NCBI GenBank assembly: GCA_947630945.1
Contig: CANRJN010000002.1
Coordinates: forward strand, 1 to 50,567
Direction of reading: 5' to 3'
Source of the DNA: an uncultured Bacilli bacterium
GTDB lineage: Bacteria > Bacillota_I > Bacilli_A > RF39 > UBA660
Length of the DNA stretch: 50,567 nucleotides
The notes below the pieces were generated by a model. That model saw only the letters and a list, made by a program, of their open reading frames with translations. It did no database searches and had not been told where the DNA came from. Within the stretch, counting starts at the first letter, position 1. Each line of letters starts with the position of its first letter. The position numbers and the translations under genes were made by a program. Below, one piece after another: positions 9,600-17,760 of the stretch.

Positions 9600-11003
9600 T
9601 TAATTGAAAAAATCTTCCCATGGATCTTTTCTTTTTAATCTTTTAATTGCTTCTTTAATATCTATTTCATTTGGCTCTATTTTATCAAGTTCTCTATAAC
9701 TGATTGGCATAGATACACTGCATCTGTCTCTTAATCTAATTGAATATGGGCAAACACTAGTAGAACCTCTTGTATTTCTTACCCAATCTATAAATATTTT
9801 ACCTTTTCTTTTATCTTTTCTCATATTACTTGTATATTTATCTGGCCATTTTTCTTCCATTAAGACCGCGATTTGTTTTGATGTTTCTCTAAATTTTTTC
9901 CAAGTCATTCTTTTTTTAATTGGAACTACTACATGAAAGCCTTTTCCTCCACTAGTTTTTAAATATGATTTTAATCCAAGTTTATCTAAAATACTTTTTA
10001 AATCTTTAACTCCTTCTCTTAATTTATCTATATCTAATTTTTCATCTGGATCAAGATCAAATACCATGATATCTGGTGTTTCTAATTTTTTAACATTGCT
10101 TCCCCAAGTGTGAAATTCAAAACTATTCATTTGAACTTCACCAATAATTCCACTACTATCTTCTATATAATAGTAGTCTTCCTTTTTATTAGAATCATTT
10201 TTTATTTTAATTTTACCAAGTCCATCATTTTGAGGATTTAAATGTTTCATAAAGAATTTATCTTTACCATTCGGACATCTTATTGTACTAATAATTCTAT
10301 TTTTAACAAGTGGTAACATTCTTTTAGACACTTTATGATAATAATCTGCAATATCAAGTTTAGTTATTTTATCTTTTTTAAATATTATTTTATCTGGATG
10401 TGTTACTTTTATATCTTCTATTATTGCATCTTTTAAAGAAGTAACTTTATTTTTATTTTTCTCATCTTTTTCTATTTCTTTCATAGTTCTATTAGTTCTA
10501 ATACTAGTTTTAATTTTAGTAATATCACTAAACTCATTATATTCATCCCTATCTTTTATTAATAAATAATTATCATCTTTAAAATGAACAAGGGTCCACT
10601 GTCCTTTTAATCTTTTACCATATAGTTTAAACTTAATAACTTTAAATTTAAAATTTTTTGGAAATTTAGTTACTTCTTCATAGTACCCTTCATCAAATAG
10701 CATAACACTCCCAGCACCATATTCACCTGCTGGTATACATCCTTCAAAATTTCTATATGAATATGGATGGTCTTCTACTTTTACTGCTAGTCTTTTATCT
10801 TTTGGATTATATGATGGTCCTTTTGGAACAGCAAAACTTTTAAGAACACCATTAAATTCTAATCTAAAATCATAATGATCTTTTCTAGCAATATGATGTT
10901 GTACTACAAATCTTAATTTCTTATGTTTTTTACTTACTTTTCCACTTGGTTCATTTGTTTTATTGAAATTTCTTTTATTATTATATTTTTTTAAATTACT
11001 CAT
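9600..11003 (-). CDS. LigD-type 3'-phosphoesterase (PE) plus AEP primase-polymerase (Pol) fusion, with no ligase domain
   Basis: The N-terminal segment FVVQHHIARKDHYDFRLEFNGVLKSFAVPKGPS...VEDHPYSY..FEG.IPAGEYGAG matches the LigD PE domain. The C-terminal half (THPDKIIF, MVFDLDPDE, KTSGGKGFHVVVP, IFIDWVRNTRGSTSVCPYS) matches LigD PolDom. There is no adenylation KxDG domain. Confidence 0.85.
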   Translation of the reverse strand: MSNLKKYNNKRNFNKTNEPSGKVSKKHKKLRFVVQHHIARKDHYDFRLEFNGVLKSFAVPKGPSYNPKDKRLAVKVEDHPYSYRNFEGCIPAGEYGAGSVMLFDEGYYEEVTKFPKNFKFKVIKFKLYGKRLKGQWTLVHFKDDNYLLIKDRDEYNEFSDITKIKTSIRTNRTMKEIEKDEKNKNKVTSLKDAIIEDIKVTHPDKIIFKKDKITKLDIADYYHKVSKRMLPLVKNRIISTIRCPNGKDKFFMKHLNPQNDGLGKIKIKNDSNKKEDYYYIEDSSGIIGEVQMNSFEFHTWGSNVKKLETPDIMVFDLDPDEKLDIDKLREGVKDLKSILDKLGLKSYLKTSGGKGFHVVVPIKKRMTWKKFRETSKQIAVLMEEKWPDKYTSNMRKDKRKGKIFIDWVRNTRGSTSVCPYSIRLRDRCSVSMPISYRELDKIEPNEIDIKEAIKRLKRKDPWEDFFN

Positions 11004-11077
11004 AAAAAATCACTCTTTATTAGTATGAGTGATTTATTCACTTTTTATTACGAGTTAATAAATTTTTAGAGAAATAA

Positions 11078-11106
11078 TTGACTAAATCAATAATTTATGC
11101 TAATAT
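11078..11106 (+). promoter_or_regulatory. sigma-70-type promoter of tRNA-His
   Basis: TTGACT (11078-11083), a 17-nt spacer, then TAATAT (11101-11106), about 20 nt upstream of the tRNA 5' end. Confidence 0.5.
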
Positions 11107-11125
11107 TAACGATGTAATTTGAAAT

Positions 11126-11202
11126 GGCGAAATTGGTGAAGTGGTTAACACGGTGGATTGTGGTCCCATTATGCAAGGGTTCGATTCCCTTATTTCGCCC
11201 CA
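11126..11202 (+). tRNA. tRNA-His (anticodon GTG) with encoded G-1 and CCA
   Basis: Hand-folded. Acceptor GCGAAAT/ATTTCGC. An extra 5' G (G-1) sits opposite the discriminator C. Anticodon loop TTGTGGT. T-arm AAGGG-TTCGATT-CCCTT. 3' CCA is encoded. There is one A:C mismatch in the anticodon stem. Confidence 0.88.
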
Positions 11203-11212
11203 CTATAAAAAT

Positions 11213-11240
11213 AACTCACATTGATTTGTGAGTTTTTTTA
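11213..11240. terminator. bidirectional terminator between tRNA-His and the convergent helicase operon
   Basis: Stem aactcaca/tgtgagtt (11213-11220 and 11227-11234). It is followed by TTTTTT on the plus strand and by TATTTTTAT on the minus strand. Confidence 0.65.
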
Positions 11241-11245
11241 TTGTA

Positions 11246-11563
11246 TTAATTTTGTTCACTATATAATATTGCTAATTTAATTATTTTATCAATTAATCTC
11301 ATATTTTGTCCTATTTGCTTTACAAAATTATCACCTAATGAACTTTTAACTTCTTTAATAGCAGTTTCTACATATTTTTCATCTAATTCAAATAATTCTA
11401 AATAATTTAATATAATATCTTGAATAAAATAGAAATCATATTTTTTTAATAATAAATAAATTTTATTAAAGTTATTTTCATCTAATGAATTCAAATAATC
11501 TTCTTCATAATTATCATATATTAAATCTATATAAGTTGAATTTAAATATTTTTCTAAAAACAT
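11246..11563 (-). CDS. hypothetical protein, third gene of the helicase operon
   Basis: I prefer the ATG at 11563, 1 nt after the helicase TAA and preceded by AAAGGTAAAGGTG. The track uses a GTG at 11572. The protein is all-helical and acidic with no recognisable motif. Confidence 0.6.
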   Translation of the reverse strand: MFLEKYLNSTYIDLIYDNYEEDYLNSLDENNFNKIYLLLKKYDFYFIQDIILNYLELFELDEKYVETAIKEVKSSLGDNFVKQIGQNMRLIDKIIKLAILYSEQN

Positions 11564-11564
11564 T

Positions 11565-14500
11565 TTAAACACCTTTACCTTTTTGATTATCTATATAATA
11601 TTCATTTATAATTTCTTCAATTGTAACATTATATTTTTCTTTAAAATCTACACTACTCATAGAAAATATATTAATAAGTACACCATTTTTATCTACAAAT
11701 GATATATTACTTGCTTTTAAAAATTCTATTTTAGAAATTAATTCTTGTTTTGATATTCTCTTTAATATACTTCTATTTTTATTATAATCAATATTATACG
11801 TTAAACAAGTATTTACTATTTCTTCTTGATTTTTTCTAAAACTTAATACAAAACCTATTGATTTTAGCAATTCTTGTTTTTCTTGAGATAGTTTTAAGAA
11901 ATTCCTTCTTTGATTATTAATCCAAATTCCTAATTTAACTCCATTTTCATCATAAGTATATCCATTTGTAGTTTTAAAATTATATGGGATTAATAGATTG
12001 CCATGATGTTCAAAGTATTTTTTTGCAAGACTATAATTATTTTCCCATTGATTTTCTGCAACATTAAATACAAAACCTATTGATTTTAGCAATTCTTGTT
12101 TTTCTTGAGATAGTTTTAAGAAATTCCTTCTTTGATTATTAATCCAAATTCCTAATTTAACTCCATTTTCATCATAAGTATATCCATTTGTAGTTTTAAA
12201 ATTATATGGTACTAGTAAATTACCATAATGTTCAAAGTATTTTTTTGCGAGTTCATAGTTATTTTCCCAAATATCATCATAAACATTTGAAACAAATCCA
12301 ATTGATTTCAATAGTTCTTGTTTATCAGGGGATAAACTTGAAAATTTCTTTCTTTGAGTATTAATCCAAATTCCTAATTTAACTCCATTTTCATCATAAG
12401 TATATCCATTTGTAGTTTTAAAATTGGATTTAATTAATAAATTACCATGATATTCATAATATTCTTTTGCTAGTTCATAATTATTTTTCCATTGATTTTC
12501 TGGAACATTAGACACAAAACCCATTGATTTTAACAATTCTTGTTTATCAGGGGATAAACTTGAAAATCTTTGTCTTTGAGTATTAATCCAACTTCCTAAG
12601 TTAATTCCATTTTCATCATAAGTGTACCCGTCTATTGTTTTAAAGGCTTGTGAAACTAATAAATTACCATAATGTTCATAGTATTTTCTTGCAAGTTTAT
12701 AATTATTTTCCCATTGATTATCTGGAACATTAAATACAAATCCTATTGATTTTAATAATTCTTGTTTATCAGGGGATAATTCTAAAAAATTACTTCTTTG
12801 ATAACAAATCCAAATTCCTAATTTAATTTTTCCATTTTCATCATAAGTATACCCATCATTTGTTCTAAAATTATATGGGATTAATGAATTGCCATGATGT
12901 TCATAATATTTTTTTGCGAAATTGTAATTATTTTCCCAAATATCATCAAAAACATTTGAAACAAATCCAATTGATTTTAATAGTTCTTGTCTTTCAGAAG
13001 ATAAATTTGAAAATCTCTTTCTTTGAGTATTAATCCAAATTCCCAAGTTAACTCCATTTTCATCATAAGTGTATCCATTTGTAGTTTTAAAATTAAATGG
13101 TACTAGTAAATTACCATGATGTTCATAATATTCTTTTGCTAATTTATAATTTTTTCCCCACTTATTATCATGAACACTCAATACTAAGTCTATTGATTTT
13201 AATAGTTTTTGTCTTTCAGAAGATAGTTGTGAAAAATTTTTTCTTTGATGATTAATCCAAATTCCTAAGTTAACTCCATTTTCATCATAAGTGTATCCAT
13301 TTGTAGTTTTAAAATTAAATGGTACTAGTAAATTACCATGATGTTCATAATATTCTTTTGCTAATTTATAATTTTTTCCCCACTTATTATCATGAACACT
13401 CAATACTAGGTCTATTGATTTTAATAGTTTTTGTCTTTCTGGAGACAGTTTTGAAAAATTTTTTCTTTGATTACTAATCCAAATACCCAATTTAATTGTC
13501 CCATTTTCTTCATAAGTATATCCATCTATTGTTTTAAAATTAATTGGTATTAGTAAATTACCATGATGTTCATAATATTTCTTTGCAACGTAGTAATAAT
13601 CTTCCCAAGTCATTGTTAATCTATCACTTACATATCTTAATATCTCAAATAAGTCTTGATTTTCTATTTCAATATCAAATGATGCATCTTTTAATTTTAT
13701 GTTTCTTTTATTTCCTAAACCTTTACTTTGAAGTTCTTTAATTCTATCTTTTAAATTATTTTCTAATTCTTTAATATAATCAAAATTATTAGTTAAATCA
13801 ATAACAATAGGCGCTATTAATTTTTCAATTAAATCTTCTTTTGATTCATTTTCTTTTACTAAGATATCTTTTGATTTACACATTTCAATTAATTCATTAA
13901 TTGAATATTTTTCTAATTCATCAAATTTTTCTTTTGTATTTCCACGAACTGATAGAGCACGACCTAATTGTTCAAAATATACTATATCAGAAGTAGTACC
14001 TCTTCCCATAATAACACCATCTATATTTGGTGCATGCACTCCTTCATTATATTGATTTATAGCAAACATTACACGAAGTTTATTTTCAACTGTTTTTCCA
14101 TCCAAATCTACATCATCATAAAACGCTTCACGATTCTTTTTGCCTTCTTTTCCCATATAACTAGTTGATGTATAAAATATTATGTCTTCTTCTTTTACAA
14201 ATTCTTTAAACCACTTTAATGCTTCACTTTTTATTGTTTCTATATCATTGGTCTTTTCTTCAGACATAGGTGGACAGAAATAAATATATTTTCCATCTGG
14301 CTTTATATTTTTTCTTAAAATATCACTAATGCTAGGAGCTTCATGTATTCTTTTTTTTATATCAGATAAAAGACTCATAAGTTCTTTATATTCATGAGAT
14401 TTCCTATCTAATTTTTGTACTCTTTCTTCTAATTTATTTTCTACATTAATTAAATTAATATAAGCACTTTTATATATTGGTTTTGGTAATATTCCATCTA

Positions 14501-15059
14501 TCATGGCATCACATAAATCATATCTACTTTCTATTTTATTAGAAAATAATTCATCTGTTTCTGGATTTGCCATATCTCTTTCATAAATTGTTCCTCTATC
14601 TCTTACTGTATATGCAGTCATACCAAATATTTTCATTTCAGGATGTGTCTCGATTAAAGTATTTATCCTTTGTCCCCATATAGGAGCACCAATATGATGA
14701 AATTCATCAAGTATTAATAAATCACAATTAATATTTTTTATTTCTTTTCTATTTAATAAAACAAAACTTTGATATGTTCTAAATTCTAAATTAGGAAAAT
14801 CTCTTTCTAAATCTAAATTTTTATTATCATGAATTATTTTTTTAATATGTTCTATTATTCCATTAGAAGGAACTACGTATACTATTTTTTTATCTTTATT
14901 ATCATAAGCTAGTTCTAGTGCATTATATGATTTACCTGTTCCTGTTGCATGAACAATCCCTACTACATTTTGTCCATCATCAAATGCAGATTTTATTTTT
15001 TTATAACTTTCGATATTATGATTATATAAACCAATTTTTTGATATTCATTATTATTCAT
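11565..15059 (-). CDS. SF2 DExH helicase (ResIII-like core) with eight tandem helicase-associated (HA) domain repeats
   Basis: Motif I HATGTGKS, motif II LILDEFHH, motif III GMTAY, motif VI-like EQLGRALS. These are followed by 8 repeats of about 74 aa with consensus W-x-NY-x-LAK-x-YYEHHGNLL-x-P-x-NFKT-x-NGYTYDENG-x-LG-x-WI-x-QR-x-F-x-LS-x-QELLKSIGF, which is the HA (PF03457-type) pattern. I chose the start at MNNNEYQ (ATG at 15059, preceded by GGTGAAG). It overlaps the stop of the 85-aa gene in ATGAATAA. The track extension to 15110 is rejected. Confidence 0.85.
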   Translation of the reverse strand: MNNNEYQKIGLYNHNIESYKKIKSAFDDGQNVVGIVHATGTGKSYNALELAYDNKDKKIVYVVPSNGIIEHIKKIIHDNKNLDLERDFPNLEFRTYQSFVLLNRKEIKNINCDLLILDEFHHIGAPIWGQRINTLIETHPEMKIFGMTAYTVRDRGTIYERDMANPETDELFSNKIESRYDLCDAMIDGILPKPIYKSAYINLINVENKLEERVQKLDRKSHEYKELMSLLSDIKKRIHEAPSISDILRKNIKPDGKYIYFCPPMSEEKTNDIETIKSEALKWFKEFVKEEDIIFYTSTSYMGKEGKKNREAFYDDVDLDGKTVENKLRVMFAINQYNEGVHAPNIDGVIMGRGTTSDIVYFEQLGRALSVRGNTKEKFDELEKYSINELIEMCKSKDILVKENESKEDLIEKLIAPIVIDLTNNFDYIKELENNLKDRIKELQSKGLGNKRNIKLKDASFDIEIENQDLFEILRYVSDRLTMTWEDYYYVAKKYYEHHGNLLIPINFKTIDGYTYEENGTIKLGIWISNQRKNFSKLSPERQKLLKSIDLVLSVHDNKWGKNYKLAKEYYEHHGNLLVPFNFKTTNGYTYDENGVNLGIWINHQRKNFSQLSSERQKLLKSIDLVLSVHDNKWGKNYKLAKEYYEHHGNLLVPFNFKTTNGYTYDENGVNLGIWINTQRKRFSNLSSERQELLKSIGFVSNVFDDIWENNYNFAKKYYEHHGNSLIPYNFRTNDGYTYDENGKIKLGIWICYQRSNFLELSPDKQELLKSIGFVFNVPDNQWENNYKLARKYYEHYGNLLVSQAFKTIDGYTYDENGINLGSWINTQRQRFSSLSPDKQELLKSMGFVSNVPENQWKNNYELAKEYYEYHGNLLIKSNFKTTNGYTYDENGVKLGIWINTQRKKFSSLSPDKQELLKSIGFVSNVYDDIWENNYELAKKYFEHYGNLLVPYNFKTTNGYTYDENGVKLGIWINNQRRNFLKLSQEKQELLKSIGFVFNVAENQWENNYSLAKKYFEHHGNLLIPYNFKTTNGYTYDENGVKLGIWINNQRRNFLKLSQEKQELLKSIGFVLSFRKNQEEIVNTCLTYNIDYNKNRSILKRISKQELISKIEFLKASNISFVDKNGVLINIFSMSSVDFKEKYNVTIEEIINEYYIDNQKGKGV
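11820..13610. repeat. intragenic tandem repeat, 8 units of about 222 bp (the HA-domain array)
   Basis: The period is 222 bp. Positions 11845-11987 are identical to 12067-12209 (143 nt). Positions 13045-13186 are identical to 13267-13408, and the match then continues with one mismatch for about 30 nt more. The other units are more diverged. Confidence 0.9.
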
Positions 15060-15309
15060 TTTCTTCACCATCATATAATTCAATATCAGTAAAATGTTTA
15101 CCTGATACATCTTTATCTATTATTAAAACAGTATCATCTTTCATTATATTTGCATTAAATTCATTTTGTTCTAATTCTATATTTCTAATTTTATTATCAA
15201 CCATTACTTTAAATCCAATATTAGTTCTATCCATTATATCCAAAAGACTACCATTTTTATATTGGTCTGGTATATATACTTCAATTACTTTTCCTATTGA
15301 TTTAATCAT
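15052..15309 (-). CDS. hypothetical 85-aa protein, first gene of the helicase operon
   Basis: The ORF has an AAGGA RBS 8 nt upstream. Its stop overlaps the helicase start. No recognisable motif. Confidence 0.6.
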   Translation of the reverse strand: MIKSIGKVIEVYIPDQYKNGSLLDIMDRTNIGFKVMVDNKIRNIELEQNEFNANIMKDDTVLIIDKDVSGKHFTDIELYDGEENE

Positions 15310-15343
15310 AATTTCACATCCTTATTTAATGCACTACTCTTTA

Positions 15344-15372
15344 TTAATACAAGTGTATCAAATTTCTGACAA
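15344..15372 (-). promoter_or_regulatory. candidate promoter of the 85-aa/helicase/105-aa operon
   Basis: On the minus strand: TTGTCA (15372-15367), a 17-nt spacer, then TATTAA (15349-15344). Confidence 0.4.
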
Positions 15373-15419
15373 AAAGTCTTTATATTATCTAAAATTTACA
15401 AAAATAAATATTGCATAAA

Positions 15420-15450
15420 ATAAAAAGTGTGTTTAGAATTAATAACACAC
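15420..15450 (-). terminator. rho-independent terminator after the 609-aa HExxH protein gene
   Basis: Stem gtgtgtt/aacacac (15427-15433 and 15444-15450), followed on the minus strand by TTTTTATTTT. Confidence 0.6.
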
Positions 15451-15462
15451 CTATTTTACATA

Positions 15463-17292
15463 TTATCTTTTTAATATTTCATTTGTTATATTATTAGCAT
15501 TTTCATATACATAATTTTCATTAATAATTTCACTGTATGATTTTTCTTTATGTCCCTGTGAATTAGAAATAAATGATTTATGAAAATTATATAAATCTAA
15601 AAATTCATGAACCCATTCACATCTAGTTGGATTATTTAATAATTTTAATATAATTTGTTTGCTTTTTTCTTTTTCACACTTACTTTGTATATCTTCTATA
15701 TTTAAATTGTTAGTATAGTAAAAAGTCCTTTTTAAGGCATTAATTACATCTAAATATACATCTTCTAAAGTTTTATCATCAATAGATTCTATATCTGATA
15801 TTTCTTCATCATCTATTTCTTTATTTGTGCAAGAAAGAAACCAATCATATGCAAATAACACTATTTTTTTAATATATTCATCTTCTACAATAAATCCATT
15901 ACTACGAAATTTAACTACTCTTGTTTCGTTTTTATCACTTTCATTATTACTAACATAAAAATTTTCAATAAGAATTTTCATATCACTAAAACCTAACTTT
16001 GAAACTTTATTTGGTAATATTATAGGATTTTTAATTGTATCAGTATTATCTAATTCTCTATAATCATTTGCTAAACAAAATCCACAATTATTTAATTCCC
16101 ATTTAATAGCACAAAATAATTTTCTTCTTTCTAATATATCATTACCAGGAATATTAATATAATTATCCACATCAATTTGAATAAGAAGTTTAAAAATATA
16201 TGATGATAATTCTGGATTTGAACTATAATATAAATCTTTATATATCATTGAAGATAATATTGTACTAGTAACTGCAGAATTTATTTTACCTAATAAATAT
16301 ATTTTTCCATCTCTTGATACAAATAATTTTTTTAAGTAATCATTTCCAATTTCTTTATATTCTTCATAAATAAATGAAGTTGTATTTATTTCTTCTGATT
16401 TTTTTACTAATTTTTTCTTTTCTAAATCAAGTTCATTATCACTAATATTAATATATTTTAATAACATATTTTTTACTTGAAAAGAAAATGCTTCATCACC
16501 ACTTAAATTTAAAAATAAATTATTAATATATTTATTTTTTTCATTAGGATTTAATTTTTTAATATAAGGAATTACTATATTTATTATTAAATCATTTAAT
16601 AAATAATTAACTTTACGAGAATAAATATCTTTTAAAACACTTTTATCAGCACTATTATATTCCTTAGCTATTATTATATTCAAAGCAGATAATTTAATAT
16701 TAAAATCATTATAATATTCTTTATCTTTTGTTAATTCAAAAAATTTTTCTTTTAATAATTTATTATTTTTAAAATATGATTCACATATAATGTCATTACC
16801 AAAAGTTACTCTTAGTATTTTTGCAAATATTTTCATTTCATTATAACTTCTCATATATTTACTTTCTGTATATCCACATATATCATCTGTTAACATTTCA
16901 GTTATACCTTCATTTAATCCCGTATAATCAACTGATGAAGATTTATCAATTAATCCTGAAGAAACAGAACCTTTTGCTGCTACATGTAAAAGTTCATGAA
17001 TTAAACTACGCTCTTCAAATTCAGTTGCTGAAGTAACAAATGATAATAAATTTCCTTTACTATCTACTCTACAAGAAGATGAATTAATAATAATTAATGA
17101 TTCAGGATTGTTAAAAGAAACTTGCATAGCCACATAATTAGGCAAATTATCAATTTTAATTTCTTTTATTTTATTCATTTTATCTACTAACAATTTAGTA
17201 TCTATCCCATACAAAAGAGAACATCTTTGAGATATTTTATTAATATAAGGCTTTAATATATTTAACGGTAACTCTTTAATCATTAATAACAT
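15463..17292 (-). CDS. large protein with an N-terminal gluzincin-like zinc metallopeptidase motif and an uncharacterised C-terminal 450 aa
   Basis: SLIHELLHVA (HExxH) is followed 25 aa later by GLNEGITEML, which resembles the thermolysin-type HExxH...NExxSD arrangement. The rest is helical and low-complexity with no recognisable domain. Confidence 0.7.
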   Translation of the reverse strand: MLLMIKELPLNILKPYINKISQRCSLLYGIDTKLLVDKMNKIKEIKIDNLPNYVAMQVSFNNPESLIIINSSSCRVDSKGNLLSFVTSATEFEERSLIHELLHVAAKGSVSSGLIDKSSSVDYTGLNEGITEMLTDDICGYTESKYMRSYNEMKIFAKILRVTFGNDIICESYFKNNKLLKEKFFELTKDKEYYNDFNIKLSALNIIIAKEYNSADKSVLKDIYSRKVNYLLNDLIINIVIPYIKKLNPNEKNKYINNLFLNLSGDEAFSFQVKNMLLKYINISDNELDLEKKKLVKKSEEINTTSFIYEEYKEIGNDYLKKLFVSRDGKIYLLGKINSAVTSTILSSMIYKDLYYSSNPELSSYIFKLLIQIDVDNYINIPGNDILERRKLFCAIKWELNNCGFCLANDYRELDNTDTIKNPIILPNKVSKLGFSDMKILIENFYVSNNESDKNETRVVKFRSNGFIVEDEYIKKIVLFAYDWFLSCTNKEIDDEEISDIESIDDKTLEDVYLDVINALKRTFYYTNNLNIEDIQSKCEKEKSKQIILKLLNNPTRCEWVHEFLDLYNFHKSFISNSQGHKEKSYSEIINENYVYENANNITNEILKR

Positions 17293-17455
17293 CTATGGAT
17301 TTAAATTCTTTTTGTTCTTTTTCAGATAATTCTTCATAAAAGATTTCGCCATCTTTTTCTATTACTTTAGAAAATATTTCCTTATCATCTTTAAGAAATC
17401 TTGCCACTTTACCATATTTAGTATTTTCAATATACTCAAGTAAAATTAATTCCAT
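17276..17455 (-). CDS. unannotated 59-aa ORF (MELILLEYIENTKYGKVARFLKDDKEIFSKVIEKDGEIFYEELSEKEQKEFKSIDVIND)
   Basis: Not in the supplied track. The ATG at 17455 is preceded by AAAGGAGG with a 6-nt spacer. Its TAA at 17276-17278 overlaps the start of the 609-aa gene by 17 nt. Confidence 0.5.
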   Translation of the reverse strand: MELILLEYIENTKYGKVARFLKDDKEIFSKVIEKDGEIFYEELSEKEQKEFKSIDVIND

Positions 17456-17474
17456 ATATCCTCCTTTTTTTAAT

Positions 17475-17504
17475 ATTATACACTATTTTAACTTCATTTG
17501 TAAA
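17475..17504 (-). promoter_or_regulatory. candidate promoter of the 59-aa/609-aa unit
   Basis: On the minus strand: TTTACA (17504-17499), an 18-nt spacer, then TATAAT (17480-17475). It lies immediately upstream of the GGAGG RBS. Confidence 0.4.
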
Positions 17505-17728
17505 TTCACTCTGTAATTCTTAAGTTTTTCCTTTGTTGCTTTAAATCTCATTGTTATATAAGGGCTGTATTAGATGCACGAACTAAAGCAAAAACATAAT
17601 CAAATTTTGCTTTTGCTCCATCAATTGTAATATAATTATAATTCTTTCCACATTATTCTTATACATTAATAATATAATTCTATCATAATTATGAATGTTT
17701 TAAAAGTAATCTATAATTTAATCCTTAA

Positions 17729-17760
17729 ATAAAAAGAAGAGATAAATTAGTCATCTCTTC
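17729..17760 (-). terminator. rho-independent terminator overlapping the stop of the YugP-like gene
   Basis: Stem gaagagat/atctcttc (17736-17743 and 17753-17760), followed on the minus strand by TTTTTATTT. Confidence 0.55.

Noticed and set aside
11820-13610. Regular tandem repeats that could suggest a CRISPR array or satellite.
   Set aside because: The units are contiguous with no spacers, have a period of 222 bp, are in frame, and encode the HA-domain consensus. They form a coding repeat.
15060-15110. 17-codon N-terminal extension of the helicase ORF.
   Set aside because: It overlaps the 85-aa gene by 59 nt with no RBS. The ATG at 15059 has a GGTGA-type RBS and the classic ATGAATAA stop/start overlap.
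17343-17350. ATTTCGCC, identical to the 3' acceptor arm of tRNA-His (11192-11199), as a possible island att repeat.
   Set aside because: The match is only 8 nt. By a rough composition-based estimate it is expected about once by chance in this window. It lies inside the 59-aa ORF, and no integrase is present.
17560-17650. Short minus-strand frame ...YITIDGAKAKFDYVFALVRASNTALI* in the intergenic region upstream of the island, possibly the C-terminal remnant of a lost gene.
   Set aside because: It is about 30 codons with no start and no recognisable family. It cannot be distinguished from noise without a database search.
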